From Eledone cirrhosa (Eukaryota), in assembly GCA_964016885.1 (NCBI GenBank), contig OZ024743.1, positions 35,650,001 to 35,714,000 on the forward strand: a stretch of 64,000 nucleotides of DNA. Direction: 5' to 3'. Below, piece after piece: positions 46,101 through 62,100 of the stretch. The position numbers and the translations under genes were made by a program. The notes below the pieces were generated by a model. It was not told where the DNA came from, did no database searches, and saw nothing but the letters and a program-made list of their open reading frames with translations. Every line of letters begins with the position of its first letter. Position 1 is the stretch's first letter.

Positions 46101-46815
46101 TATACTGTGAAGACCTGTAATATATAGAAACACTACACTGTGTCATTACTATACCGTGAAGACCTGTAATATATAGAAACACTACACAGTGTCATTACTA
46201 TACTCCGAAGACCTGTAAGATATAGAAACACTACACTGTGTCATTACTATACTGTGAAGACCTGTAATATATAGAAACACTACACTGTGTCATTACTATA
46301 TTCCGAAGACCTGTAAGATATAGAAACACTACACTGTGTCATTACTATACCGTGAAGACCTGTAATATATAGAAACACTACACTGTGTCATTACTATACT
46401 GTGAAGACCTGTAAGATATAGAAACACTACACTGTGTCATTACTATACTCTGAAGACCTGTCAGATATAGAAACACTACACTGTATCATTACTATACTGT
46501 GAAGACCTATAATATATAGAAACACTACACTGTATCATTACTATACTGTGAAGACATGTAATATATAGAAACACTACACTGTATCATTACTATATTGTGA
46601 AGACCTGTAAGATATAGAAACATTACACTGTGTCATTACTATAATGTGAAGACCTGTAAGTTATAGAAACACCACACTGTGTCATTACTATACACTGAAG
46701 ACCTGTAATATATGGAAACACTACACTGTATCATTACTATACTCTGAAGGCCTGTAATATATAGAAACACTACACTGTGTCATTACTATACTCTGAAGAC
46801 CTATAATATATAGAA
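34180..46815. repeat. Higher-order tandem duplication, period 6319 bp (129 monomers including one 47-bp unit), junction near 40495
   Basis: AAGAAATAGAGACAC lies at 34412/40731, the 47-bp unit at 37593/43912, and the ORF offset is 43832-37513. All equal 6319 = 129x49-2. Confidence 0.94.
37593..37639. repeat. 47-bp deletion variant monomer (ACACTATCATT; 2 bp lost from ACACTGTATCATT); second copy at 43912-43958
   Basis: Read directly at 37611-37623 and 43931-43942. The monomer phase shifts by -2 after each copy. Confidence 0.93.
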
Positions 46816-49800
46816 ACAGCACACTGTATCATTACTATACTGTGAAGACCTATAATATATAGAAACACTACACTGTGTCATTACTATACTCTGAATACCT
46901 ATAATATATAGAAACAGCACACTGTATCATTACTATACTGTGAAGACCTATAATATATAGAAACACTACACTGTGTCATTACTATACTGTGAAGACCTGT
47001 AATTTATAGAAACACTACACTGGATCATTACTATACTGTGAAGACATGTAATATATAGAAACACTACACTGGATCATTACTATACTGTGAAGACCTGTAA
47101 GATATAGAAACACTACACTGTATCATTACTATACTCTGAAGACCTGTAATATATAGAAACACTACACAGTGTCATTACTATACTGTGAAGACCTGTAAGA
47201 TATAGAAACACTACACTGTATCATTACTATACTCTGAGGACCTGTAAGATATAGAAACACTACACAGTGTCATTACTATATTCCGAAGACCTGTAAGATA
47301 TAGAAACACTACACTGTGTCATTACTATACTGTGAAGACCTGTAAGATATAGAAACACTACACTGTATCATTACTATACTGTGAAGACCTGTAAGATATA
47401 GAAACACTACACAGTGTCATTACTATACTGTGAAGACCTGTAAGATATAGAAACACTACACTGTATCATTACTATACTGTGAAGACCTGTAAGATATAGA
47501 AACACTACACAGTGTCATTACTATACTGTGAAGACCTGTAAGATATAGAAACACTACACTGTGTCATTACTATACTCTGAAGACATGTAAGATATAAAAA
47601 CACTACACTGTGTCATTACTATACTGTGAAGACCTGTAAGATATAGAAACACTACACTGTGTCATTACTATATTGTGAAGACCTGTAAGATATTGAAACA
47701 CTACACTGTGTCATTACTATACTGTGAAGACCTGTAAGATATAGAAACACTACACAGTGTCATTACTATACTCCGAAGACCTGTAAGATATAGAAACACT
47801 ACACTGTGTCATTACTATACTGTGAAGACCTGTAAGATATAGAAACACTACACTGTATCATTACTATACTGTGAAGACCTGTAAGATATAGAAACACTAC
47901 ACAGTGTCTTTACTATACTGTGAAGACCTGTAAGATATAGAAACACTACACTGTATCATTACTATACTGTGAAGACCTGTAAGATATAGAAACACTACAC
48001 AGTGTCATTACTATACTGTGAAGACCTGTAAGATATAGAAACACTACACAGTGTCATTACTATACTGTGAAGACCTGTAAGATATAGAAACACTACACTG
48101 TATCATTACTATACTCTGAAGACCTGTAAGATATAGAAACACTACACTGTATCATTACTATACTCTGAAGACCTGTAAGATATAGAAACACTACACTGTA
48201 TCATTACTATACTCTGAAGACCTGTAAGATATAGAAACACTACACTGTATCATTACTATACTGTGAAGACCTGTAAGATATAGAAACACTACACAGTGTC
48301 TTTACTATACTGTGAAGACCTGTAAGATATAGAAACACTACACTGTATCATTACTATACTGGGAAGACCTGTAAGATATAGAAACACTACACAGTGTCAT
48401 TACTATACTGTGAAGACCTGTAAGATATAGAAACACTACACAGTGTCATTACTATACTGTGAAGACATGTAAGATATAAAAACACTACACTGTGTCATTA
48501 CTATTCTGTGAAGACCTGTAAGATATAGAAACACTACACTGTGTCATTACTATATTGTGAAGACCTGTAATATATAGAAACACTACACAGTGTCATTACT
48601 ATACTCCGAAGACCTGTAAGATATAGAAACACTACACTGTGTCATTACTATACCGTGAAGACCTGTAATATATAGAAACACTACACAGTGTCATTACTAT
48701 ACTCCGAAGATCTGTAAGATATAGAAACACTACACTGTGTCATTACTATACTGTGAAGACCTGTAATATATAGAAACACTACACAGTGTCATTAATATAC
48801 TGTGAAGACCTGTAATATATAGAAACACTACACTGTGTCATTACTATACCGTGAAGACCTGTAATATATAGAAACACTACACAGTGTCATTACTATACTC
48901 CGAAGACCTGTAAGATATAGAAACACTACACTGTGTCATTACTATACTGTGAAGACCTGTAATATATAGAAACACTACACTGTGTCATTACTATACTCCG
49001 AAGACCTGTAAGATATAGAAACACTACACTGTGTCATTACTATACCGTGAAGACCTGTAATATATAGAAACACTACACTGTGTCATTACTATACTGTGAA
49101 GACCTGTAAGATATAGAAACACTACACTGTGTCATTACTATACTCTGAAGACCTGTCAGATATAGAAACACTACACTGTATCATTACTATACTGTGAAGA
49201 CCTATAATATATAGAAACACTACACTGTATCATTACTATACTGTGAAGACCTGTAAGATATAGAAACATTACACTGTGTCATTACTATAATGTGAAGACC
49301 TGTAAGTTATAGAAACACCACACTGTGTCATTACTATACACTGAAGACCTGTAATATATGGAAACACTACACTGTATCATTACTATACTCTGAAGGCCTG
49401 TAATATATAGAAACACTACACTGTGTCATTACTATACTCTGAAGACCTATAATATATAGAAACAGCACACTGTATCATTACTATACTGTGAAGACCTATA
49501 ATATATAGAAACACTACACTGTGTCATTACTATACTCTGAATACCTATAATATATAGAAACAGCACACTGTATCATTACTATACTGTGAAGACCTATAAT
49601 ATATAGAAACACTACACTGTGTCATTACTATACTGTGAAGACCTGTAATTTATAGAAACACTACACTGGATCATTACTATACTGTGAAGACATGTAATAT
49701 ATAGAAACACTACACTGGATCATTACTATACTGTGAAGACCTGTAAGATATAGAAACACTACACTGTATCATTACTATACTCTGAAGACCTGTAATATAT

Positions 49801-51215
49801 AGAAACACTACACAGTGTCATTACTATACTGTGAAGACCTGTAAGATATAGAAACACTACACTGTATCATTACTATACTCTGAGGACCTGTAAGATATAG
49901 AAACACTACACAGTGTCATTACTATATTCCGAAGACCTGTAAGATATAGAAACACTACACTGTGTCATTACTATACTGTGAAGACCTGTAAGATATAGAA
50001 ACACTACACTGTATCATTACTATACTGTGAAGACCTGTAAGATATAGAAACACTACACAGTGTCATTACTATACTGTGAAGACCTGTAAGATATAGAAAC
50101 ACTACACTGTATCATTACTATACTGTGAAGACCTGTAAGATATAGAAACACTACACAGTGTCATTACTATACTGTGAAGACCTGTAAGATATAGAAACAC
50201 TACACTGTGTCATTACTATACTCTGAAGACATGTAAGATATAAAAACACTACACTGTGTCATTACTATACTGTGAAGACCTGTAAGATATAGAAACACTA
50301 CACTGTGTCATTACTATATTGTGAAGACCTGTAAGATATAGAAACACTACACTGTGTCATTACTATACTGTGAAGACCTGTAAGATATAGAAACACTACA
50401 CAGTGTCATTACTATACTCCGAAGACCTGTAAGATATAGAAACACTACACTGTGTCATTACTATACTGTGAAGACCTGTAAGATATAGAAACACTACACT
50501 GTATCATTACTATACTGTGAAGACCTGTAAGATATAGAAACACTACACAGTGTCTTTACTATACTGTGAAGACCTGTAAGATATAGAAACACTACACTGT
50601 ATCATTACTATACTGTGAAGACCTGTAAGATATAGAAACACTACACAGTGTCATTACCATACTGTGAAGACCTGTAAGATATAGAAACACTACACAGTGT
50701 CATTACTATACTGTGAAGACCTGTAAGATATAGAAACACTACACTGTATCATTACTATACTCTGAAGACCTGTAAGATATAGAAACACTACACTGTATCA
50801 TTACTATACTCTGAAGACCTGTAAGATATAGAAACACTACACTGTATCATTACTATACTCTGAAGACCTGTAAGATATAGAAACACTACACTGTATCATT
50901 ACTATACTGTGAAGACCTGTAAGATATAGAAACACTACACAGTGTCTTTACTATACTGTGAAGACCTGTAAGATATAGAAACACTACACTGTATCATTAC
51001 TATACTGGGAAGACCTGTAAGATATAGAAACACTACACAGTGTCATTACTATACTGTGAAGACCTGTAAGATATAGAAACACTACACAGTGTCATTACTA
51101 TACTGTGAAGACATGTAAGATATAAAAACACTACACTGTGTCATTACTATTCTGTGAAGACCTGTAAGATATAGAAACACTACACTGTGTCATTACTATA
51201 TTGTGAAGACCTGTA
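45870..51215. repeat. Higher-order tandem duplication, period 2695/2646 bp (55/54 monomers), junction near 48565
   Basis: TCAGAT lies at 46461/49156 (55x49) and CTGAATACCT at 46891/49537 (54x49). The GACATG monomer near 46555 is missing in copy 2. Confidence 0.9.
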
Positions 51216-54200
51216 AGATATAGAAACACTACACTGTGTCATTACTATACTGTGAAGACCTGTAAGATATAGAAACACTACACGGTATCATTACTATACT
51301 CTGAAGACCTGTAAGATATAGAAACACTACACAGTGTCATTACTATACTGTGAAGACCTGTAAGATATAGAAACACTACACAGTGTCATTACTATACTGT
51401 GAAGACCTGTAAGATATAGAAACACTACACTGTGTCATTACTATACTCTGAAGACATGTAAGATATAAAAACACTACACTTTGTCATTACTATACTGTGA
51501 AGACCTGTAAGATATAGAAACACTACACTGTATCATTACTAAACTCTGAAGACCTGTAAGATATAGAAACACTACACAGTGTCATTACTATACTGTGAAG
51601 ACCTGTAAGATATAGAAACACTACACTGTGTCATTACTATACTGTGAAGACCTGTAAGATATAGAAACACTACACTGTATCATTACTATACTGTGAAGAC
51701 CTGTAAGATATAGAAACACTACACAGTGTCATTACTATACTCCGAAGACCTGTTAAATATAGAAACACTACACTGTGTCATTACTATACTGGGAAGACCT
51801 GTAAGATATAGAAACACTACACTGTATCATTACTATACTGTGAAGACCTGTAAGATATAGAAACACTACACTGTATCATTACTATACTGTGAAGACCTGT
51901 AAGATATAGAAACACTACACAGTGTCATTACTATACTGTGAAGACCTGTAAGATATAGAAACACTACACTGTATCATTACTATACTCTGATGACCTGTAA
52001 GATATAGAAACACTACACAGTGTCATTACTATACTGTGAAGACCTGTAAGATATAGAAACACTACACTGTGTCATTACTATACTGTGAAGACCTGTAAGA
52101 TATAGAAACACTACACTGTATCATTACTATACTGTGAAGACCTGTAAGATATAGAAACACTACACAGTGTCATTACTATACTCCGAAGACCTGTAAGATA
52201 TAGAAACACTACACTGTGGCATTACTATACTGTGAAGACCTGTAAGATATAGAGACACTACACTGTATCATTACTATACTGTGAAGACCTGTAAGATATA
52301 GAAACACTACACAGTGTCATTACTATACTGTGAAGACCTGTAAGATATAGAAACACTACACTGTATCATTACTATACTGTGAAGACCTGTAAGATATAGA
52401 AACACTACACTGTGTCATTACTATACTCTGAAGACATGTAAGATATAGAAACACTACACTGTGTCATTACTATACTCTGAAGACATGTAAGATATAAAAA
52501 CACTACACTGTGTCATTACTATACTCTGAAGACCTATAATATATAGAAACACTACACTGTGTCATTACTATACTCTGAAGACCTGTAATATATGGAAACA
52601 CTACACTGTATCATTACTATACTCTGAAGACCTATAATATATAGAAACACTACACTGTGTCATTACTATACTCTGAAGAACTGTAAGATATAGAAACACC
52701 ACACTGTGTCATTACTATACTGTGAAGACCTGTAATATATAGAAACACCACACTGTGTCATTACTATACTGTGAAGACCTGTAAGATATAGAAACACCAC
52801 ACTGTGTCATTACTATACTGTGAAGACCTGTAAGATATAGAAACGCTACACTGTATCATTACTATACTGTGAAGACCTGTAAGATATAGAAACGCTACAC
52901 TGTATCATTACTATACTGTGAAGACCTGTAAGATATAGAAACGCTACACTGTATCATTACTATACTCTGAAGACCTATAATATATAGAAACACTACACTG
53001 TGTCATTACTATACTGTGAAGACCTGTAATATATAGAAACACTACACTGTATCATTACTATACTGTGAAGACCTGTAAGATATAGAAACGCTACACTGTA
53101 TCATTACTATACTGTGAAGACCTGTAAGATATAGAAACGCTACACTGTATCATTACTATACTCTGAAGACCTATAATATATAGAAACACTACACTGTGTC
53201 ATTACTATACTCTGAAGACCTATAATATATAGAAACACTACATTGTGTCCTTACTATACTCTGAAGAACTATAATATATAGAAACACCACACTGTGTCAT
53301 TACTATACTCTGAAGACCTATAATATATAGAAACAATACACCGTGTCATTACTATACTGTGAAGACCTGTAAGATATAGAAACACTACACTGTGTCATTA
53401 CTATACTGTGAAGACCTGTAAGATATAGAAACACTACAATGTGTCATTACTATACTGTGAAGACCTGTAAGATATAGAAACACTACACTGTGTCATTACT
53501 ATACTCTGAAGACCTGTAAGATATAGAAACACTACACTGTGTCATTACTATACTCTGAAGACCTGTAAGATATAGAAACACTACACTGTGTCATTACCAT
53601 ACTCTGAAGACCTGTAAGATATAGAAACACTACACTGTGTCATTACTATAGTCTGAAGGCCTGTAATATATAGAAACACTACACTGTGTCATTACTATAC
53701 TCTGAAGACCTGTAAGATATAGAAACACTACACTGTGTCATTACTATACTCTGAAGACCTGTAAGATATAGAAACACTACACTGTGTCATTACTATAGTC
53801 TGAAGGCCTGTAATATATAGAAACACTACACTGTGTCATTACTATACTCTGAAGACCTGTAAAATATAGAAACACTACACTGTGTCATTACTATAGTCTG
53901 AAGGCCTGTAATATATAGAAACACTACACTGTGTCATTACTATACTCTGAAGACCTGTAAGATATAGAAACACTACACTGTGTCATTACTATACTCTGAA
54001 GACCTGTAAGATATAGAAACACTACACTGTGTCATTACTATACTCTGAAGACCTGTAAGATATAGAAACACTACACTGTGTCATTACTATACTCTGAAGA
54101 CCTGTAAGATATAGAAACACTACACTGTGTCATTACTATAGTCTGAAGGCCTGTAATATATAGAAACACTACACTGTGTCATTACTATACTCTGAAGACC

Positions 54201-57200
54201 TGTAAGATATAGAAACACTACACTGTGTCATTACTATACTCTGAAGACCTGTAAGATATAGAAACACTACACTGTGTCATTACTATAGTCTGAAGGCCTG
54301 TAATATATAGAAACACTAGACTGTGTCATTACTATACTCTGAAGACCTGTAAAATATAGAAACACTACACTGTGTCATTACTATAGTCTGAAGGCCTGTA
54401 AGATATAGAAACACTACACTGTGTCATTACTATACTGTGAAGACCTGTAAGATATAGAAACACTACACTGTGTCATTACTATAGTCTGAAGGCCTGTAAG
54501 ATATAGAAACACTACACTGTGTCATTACTATACTGTGAAGACCTGTAAGATATAGAAACACTACACTGTGTCATTACTATAGTCTGAAGACCTGTAAGAT
54601 ATAGAAACACTACACTGTGTCATTACTATACTGTGAAGACCTGTAAGATATAGAAACACTACACTGTGTCATTACTATACTGTGAAGACCTGTAAGATAT
54701 AGAAACACTACACTGTGTCATTACTATACTGTGAAGACCTGTAAGATATAGAAACACTACACTGTGTCATTACTATAGTCTGAAGGCCTGTAATATATAG
54801 AAACACTACACTGTATCATTACTATACTGTGAAGACCTGTAAGATATAGAAACACTACACTGTGTCATTACTATACTCTGAAGACCGGTAAGATATAGAA
54901 ACACTACACTGTGTCGTTACTATACTCCGAAGACCTGTAAGACATAGAAACACTACACTGTGTCATTACTATACTATGAAGACCTGTAAGACATAGAAAC
55001 ACTACACTGTGTCATTACTATACTGTGAAGACCTGTAAGATATAGAAACAGTACACTGTGTCATTACTATACTCTAAAAACCTATAAGATATAGAAACAC
55101 TACACTGTATGATTACTATACTGTGAAGACCTGTAAGATATAGAAACACTACACCGTATCATTACTATACTCTGAAGACCTATAATATATAGAAACACTA
55201 CACTGTGTCATTACTATACTGTGAAGACCTGTAAGATATAGAAACGCTACACTGTATCATTACTATACTGTGAAGACCTGTCAGATATAGAAACGCTACA
55301 CTGTATCATTACTATACTGTGAAGACCTGTAAGATATAGAAACGCTACACTGTATCATTACTATACTCTGAAGACCTATAATATATAGAAACACTACACT
55401 GTGTCATTACTATACTGTGAAGACCTGTAATATATAGAAACACTACACTGTGTCATTACTATACTGTGAAGACCTGTAAGATATAGAAACACTACACTGT
55501 ATCATTACTATACTGTGAAGACCTGTAAGATATAGAAACGCTACACTGTATCATTACTATACTGTGAAGACCTGTAAGATATAGAAACGCTACACTGAAT
55601 CATTACTATACTCTGAAGACCTATAATATATAGAAACACTACACTGTGTCATTACTATACTCTGAAGACCTATAATATATAGAAACACTACATTGTGTCC
55701 TTACTATACTCTGAAGAACTATAATATATAGAAACACCACACTGTGTCATTACTATACTCTGAAGACCTATAATATATAGAAACAATACACCGTGTCATT
55801 ACTATACTGTGAAGACCTGTAAGATATAGAAACACTACACTGTGTCATTACTATACTGTGAAGACCTGTAAGATATAGAAACACTACAATGTGTCATTAC
55901 TATACTCTGAAGACATGTAATATATAGAAACACTACACTGTGTCATTACTATACTCTGAAGACCTGTAAGATATAGAAACACTACACTGTGTCATTACTA
56001 TACTATGAAGACCTGTAAGATATAGAAACACTACAATGTATCATTACTATACTGTGAAGACCTGTAAGATATAGAAACACTACACTGTGTCATTACTATA
56101 CTGTGAAGACCTGTAAGATATAGAAACACTACACTGTGTCATTACTATACTCTGAAGACCTGTAAGATATAGAAACACTACACTGTGTCATTACTATACT
56201 CTGAAGACCTGTAAGATATAGAAACACTACACTGTGTCATTACTATACTCTGAAGACCTGTAAGATATAGAAACACTACACTGTGTCATTACTATAGTCT
56301 GAAGGCCTGTAATATATAGAAACACTACACTGTGTCATTACTATACTCTGAAGACCTGTAAGATATAGAAAAACTACACTGTGTCATTACTATACTCTGA
56401 AGACCTGTAAGATATAGAAACACTACACTGTGTCATTACTATAGTCTGAAGGCGTGTAATATATAGAAACACTACACTGTGTCATTACTATACTCTGAAG
56501 ACCTGTAAAATATAGAAACACTACACTGTGTCATTACTATAGTCTGAAGGCCTGTAAGATATAGAAACACTACACTGTATCATTACTATACTGTGAAGAC
56601 CTGTAAGATATAGAAACACTACACAGTGTCTTTACTATACTGTGAAGACCTGTAAGATATAGAAACACTACACTGTATCATTACTATACTGGGAAGACCT
56701 GTAAGATATAGAAACACTACACAGTGTCATTACTATACTGTGAAGACCTGTAAGATATAGAAACACTACACAGTGTCATTACTATACTGTGAAGACATGT
56801 AAGATATAAAAACACTACACTGTGTCATTACTATTCTGTGAAGACCTGTAAGATATAGAAACACTACACTGTGTCATTACTATATTGTGAAGACCTGTAA
56901 GATATAGAAACACTACACTGTGTCATTACTATACTGTGAAGACCTGTAAGATATAGAAACACTACACGGTATCATTACTATACTCTGAAGACCTGTAAGA
57001 TATAGAAACACTACACAGTGTCATTACTATACTGTGAAGACCTGTAAGATATAGAAACACTACACAGTGTCATTACTATACTGTGAAGACCTGTAAGATA
57101 TAGAAACACTACACTGTGTCATTACTATACTCTGAAGACATGTAAGATATAAAAACACTACACTTTGTCATTACTATACTGTGAAGACCTGTAAGATATA

Positions 57201-59140
57201 GAAACACTACACTGTATCATTACTAAACTCTGAAGACCTGTAAGATATAGAAACACTACACAGTGTCATTACTATACTGTGAAGACCTGTAAGATATAGA
57301 AACACTACACTGTGTCATTACTATACTGTGAAGACCTGTAAGATATAGAAACACTACACTGTATCATTACTATACTGTGAAGACCTGTAAGATATAGAAA
57401 CACTACACAGTGTCATTACTATACTCCGAAGACCTGTAAAATATAGAAACACTACACTGTGTCATTACTATACTGGGAAGACCTGTAAGATATAGAAACA
57501 CTACACTGTATCATTACTATACTGTGAAGACCTGTAAGATATAGAAACACTACACTGTATCATTACTATACTGTGAAGACCTGTAAGATATAGAAACACT
57601 ACACAGTGTCATTACTATACTGTGAAGACCTGTAAGATATAGAAACACTACACTGTATCATTACTATACTCTGATGACCTGTAAGATATAGAAACACTAC
57701 ACAGTGTCATTACTATACTGTGAAGACCTGTAAGATATAGAAACACTACACTGTGTCATTACTATACTGTGAAGACCTGTAAGATATAGAAACACTACAC
57801 TGTATCATTACTATACTGTGAAGACCTGTAAGATATAGAAACACTACACAGTGTCATTACTATACTCCGAAGACCTGTAAGATATAGAAACACTACACTG
57901 TGGCATTACTATACTGTGAAGACCTGTAAGATATAGAGACACTACACTGTATCATTACTATACTGTGAAGACCTGTAAGATATAGAAACACTACACAGTG
58001 TCATTACTATACTGTGAAGACCTGTAAGATATAGAAACACTACACTGTATCATTACTATACTGTGAAGACCTGTAAGATATAGAAACACTACACTGTGTC
58101 ATTACTATACTCTGAAGACATGTAAGATATAGAAACACTACACTGTGTCATTACTATACTCTGAAGACATGTAAGATATAAAAACACTACACTGTGTCAT
58201 TACTATACTCTGAAGACCTATAATATATAGAAACACTACACTGTGTCATTACTATACTCTGAAGACCTGTAATATATGGAAACACTACACTGTATCATTA
58301 CTATACTCTGAAGACCTATAATATATAGAAACACTACACTGTGTCATTACTATACTCTGAAGAACTGTAAGATATAGAAACACCACACTGTGTCATTACT
58401 ATACTGTGAAGACCTGTAATATATAGAAACACCACACTGTGTCATTACTATACTGTGAAGACCTGTAAGATATAGAAACACCACACTGTGTCATTACTAT
58501 ACTGTGAAGACCTGTAAGATATAGAAACGCTACACTGTATCATTACTATACTGTGAAGACCTGTAAGATATAGAAACGCTACACTGTATCATTACTATAC
58601 TGTGAAGACCTGTAAGATATAGAAACGCTACACTGTATCATTACTATACTCTGAAGACCTATAATATATAGAAACACTACCCTGTGTCATTACTATACTG
58701 TGAAGACCTGTAATATATAGAAACACTACACTGTATCATTACTATACTGTGAAGACCTGTAAGATATAGAAACGCTACACTGTATCATTACTATACTGTG
58801 AAGACCTGTAAGATATAGAAACGCTACACTGTATCATTACTATACTCTGAAGACCTATAATATATAGAAACACTACACTGTGTCATTACTATACTCTGAA
58901 GACCTATAATATATAGAAACACTACATTGTGTCCTTACTATACTCTGAAGAACTATAATATATAGAAACACCACACTGTGTCATTACTATACTCTGAAGA
59001 CCTATAATATATAGAAACAATACACCGTGTCATTACTATACTGTGAAGACCTGTAAGATATAGAAACACTACACTGTGTCATTACTATACTGTGAAGACC
59101 TGTAAGATATAGAAACACTACAATGTGTCATTACTATACT
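50870..59140. repeat. Higher-order repeat at 5684-bp offset (116 monomers): about 50870-53450 repeated from about 56555
   Basis: CACGGTATC lies at 51281 and 56965 (5684 = 116x49). The markers CTAAACTCTG, CTCTGATGAC and CTGTGGCATT follow in the same order in both copies. Confidence 0.88.
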
Positions 59141-62100
59141 CTGAAGACATGTAATATATAGAAACACTACACTGTGTCATTACTATACTCTGAAGACCTG
59201 TAAGATATAGAAACACTACACTGTGTCATTACTATACTATGAAGACCTGTAAGATATAGAAACGCTACACTGTATCATTACTATACTCTGAAGACCTATA
59301 ATATATAGAAACACTACACTGTGTCATTACTATACTGTGAAGACCTGTAATATATAGAAACACTACACTGTGTCATTACTATACTGTGAAGACCTGTAAG
59401 ATATAGAAACACTACACTGTATCATTACTATACTGTGAAGACCTGTAAGATATAGAAACGCTACACTGTATCATTACTATACTGTGAAGACCTGTAAGAT
59501 ATAGAAACGCTACACTGAATCATTACTATACTCTGAAGACCTATAATATATAGAAACACTACACTGTGTCATTACTATACTCTGAAGACCTATAATATAT
59601 AGAAACACTACATTGTGTCCTTACTATACTCTGAAGAACTATAATATATAGAAACACCACACTGTGTCATTACTATACTCTGAAGACCTATAATATATAG
59701 AAACAATACACCGTGTCATTACTATACTGTGAAGACCTGTAAGATATAGAAACACTACACTGTGTCATTACTATACTGTGAAGACCTGTAAGATATAGAA
59801 ACACTACAATGTGTCATTACTATACTCTGAAGACATGTAATATATAGAAACACTACACTGTGTCATTACTATACTCTGAAGACCTGTAAGATATAGAAAC
59901 ACTACACTGTGTCATTACTATACTATGAAGACCTGTAAGATATAGAAACACTACAATGTATCATTACTATACTGTGAAGACCTGTAAGATATAGAAACAC
60001 TACACTGTGTCATTACTATACTGTGAAGACCTGTAAGATATAGAAACACTACACTGTGTCATTACTATACTCTGAAGACCTGTAAGATATAGAAACACTA
60101 CACTGTGTCATTACTATACTCTGAAGACCTGTAAGATATAGAAACACTACACTGTGTCATTACTATACTCTGAAGACCTGTAAGATATAGAAACACTACA
60201 CTGTGTCATTACTATAGTCTGAAGGCCTGTAATATATAGAAACACTACACTGTGTCATTACTATACTCTGAAGACCTGTAAGATATAGAAACACTACACT
60301 GTGTCATTACTATACTCTGAAGACCTGTAAGATATAGAAACACTACACTGTGTCATTACTATAGTCTGAAGGCGTGTAATATATAGAAACACTACACTGT
60401 GTCATTACTATACTCTGAAGACCTGTAAAATATAGAAACACTACACTGTGTCATTACTATAGTCTGAAGGCCTGTAAGATATAGAAACACTACACTGTAT
60501 CATTACTATACTGTGAAGACCTGTAAGATATAGAAACACTACACAGTGTCTTTACTATACTGTGAAGACCTGTAAGATATAGAAACACTACACTGTATCA
60601 TTACTATACTGGGAAGACCTGTAAGATATAGAAACACTACACAGTGTCATTACTATACTGTGAAGACCTGTAAGATATAGAAACACTACACAGTGTCATT
60701 ACTATACTGTGAAGACATGTAAGATATAAAAACACTACACTGTGTCATTACTATTCTGTGAAGACCTGTAAGATATAGAAACACTACACTGTGTCATTAC
60801 TATATTGTGAAGACCTGTAAGATATAGAAACACTACACTGTGTCATTACTATACTGTGAAGACCTGTAAGATATAGAAACACTACACGGTATCATTACTA
60901 TACTCTGAAGACCTGTAAGATATAGAAACACTACACAGTGTCATTACTATACTGTGAAGACCTGTAAGATATAGAAACACTACACAGTGTCATTACTATA
61001 CTGTGAAGACCTGTAAGATATAGAAACACTACACTGTGTCATTACTATACTCTGAAGACATGTAAGATATAAAAACACTACACTTTGTCATTACTATACT
61101 GTGAAGACCTGTAAGATATAGAAACACTACACTGTATCATTACTAAACTCTGAAGACCTGTAAGATATAGAAACACTACACAGTGTCATTACTATACTGT
61201 GAAGACCTGTAAGATATAGAAACACTACACTGTGTCATTACTATACTGTGAAGACCTGTAAGATATAGAAACACTACACTGTATCATTACTATACTGTGA
61301 AGACCTGTAAGATATAGAAACACTACACAGTGTCATTACTATACTCCGAAGACCTGTAAAATATAGAAACACTACACTGTGTCATTACTATACTGGGAAG
61401 ACCTGTAAGATATAGAAACACTACACTGTATCATTACTATACTGTGAAGACCTGTAAGATATAGAAACACTACACTGTATCATTACTATACTGTGAAGAC
61501 CTGTAAGATATAGAAACACTACACAGTGTCATTACTATACTGTGAAGACCTGTAAGATATAGAAACACTACACTGTATCATTACTATACTCTGATGACCT
61601 GTAAGATATAGAAACACTACACAGTGTCATTACTATACTGTGAAGACCTGTAAGATATAGAAACACTACACTGTGTCATTACTATACTGTGAAGACCTGT
61701 AAGATATAGAAACACTACACTGTATCATTACTATACTGTGAAGACCTGTAAGATATAGAAACACTACACAGTGTCATTACTATACTCCGAAGACCTGTAA
61801 GATATAGAAACACTACACTGTGGCATTACTATACTGTGAAGACCTGTAAGATATAGAGACACTACACTGTATCATTACTATACTGTGAAGACCTGTAAGA
61901 TATAGAAACACTACACAGTGTCATTACTATACTGTGAAGACCTGTAAGATATAGAAACACTACACTGTATCATTACTATACTGTGAAGACCTGTAAGATA
62001 TAGAAACACTACACTGTGTCATTACTATACTCTGAAGACATGTAAGATATAGAAACACTACACTGTGTCATTACTATACTCTGAAGACATGTAAGATATA

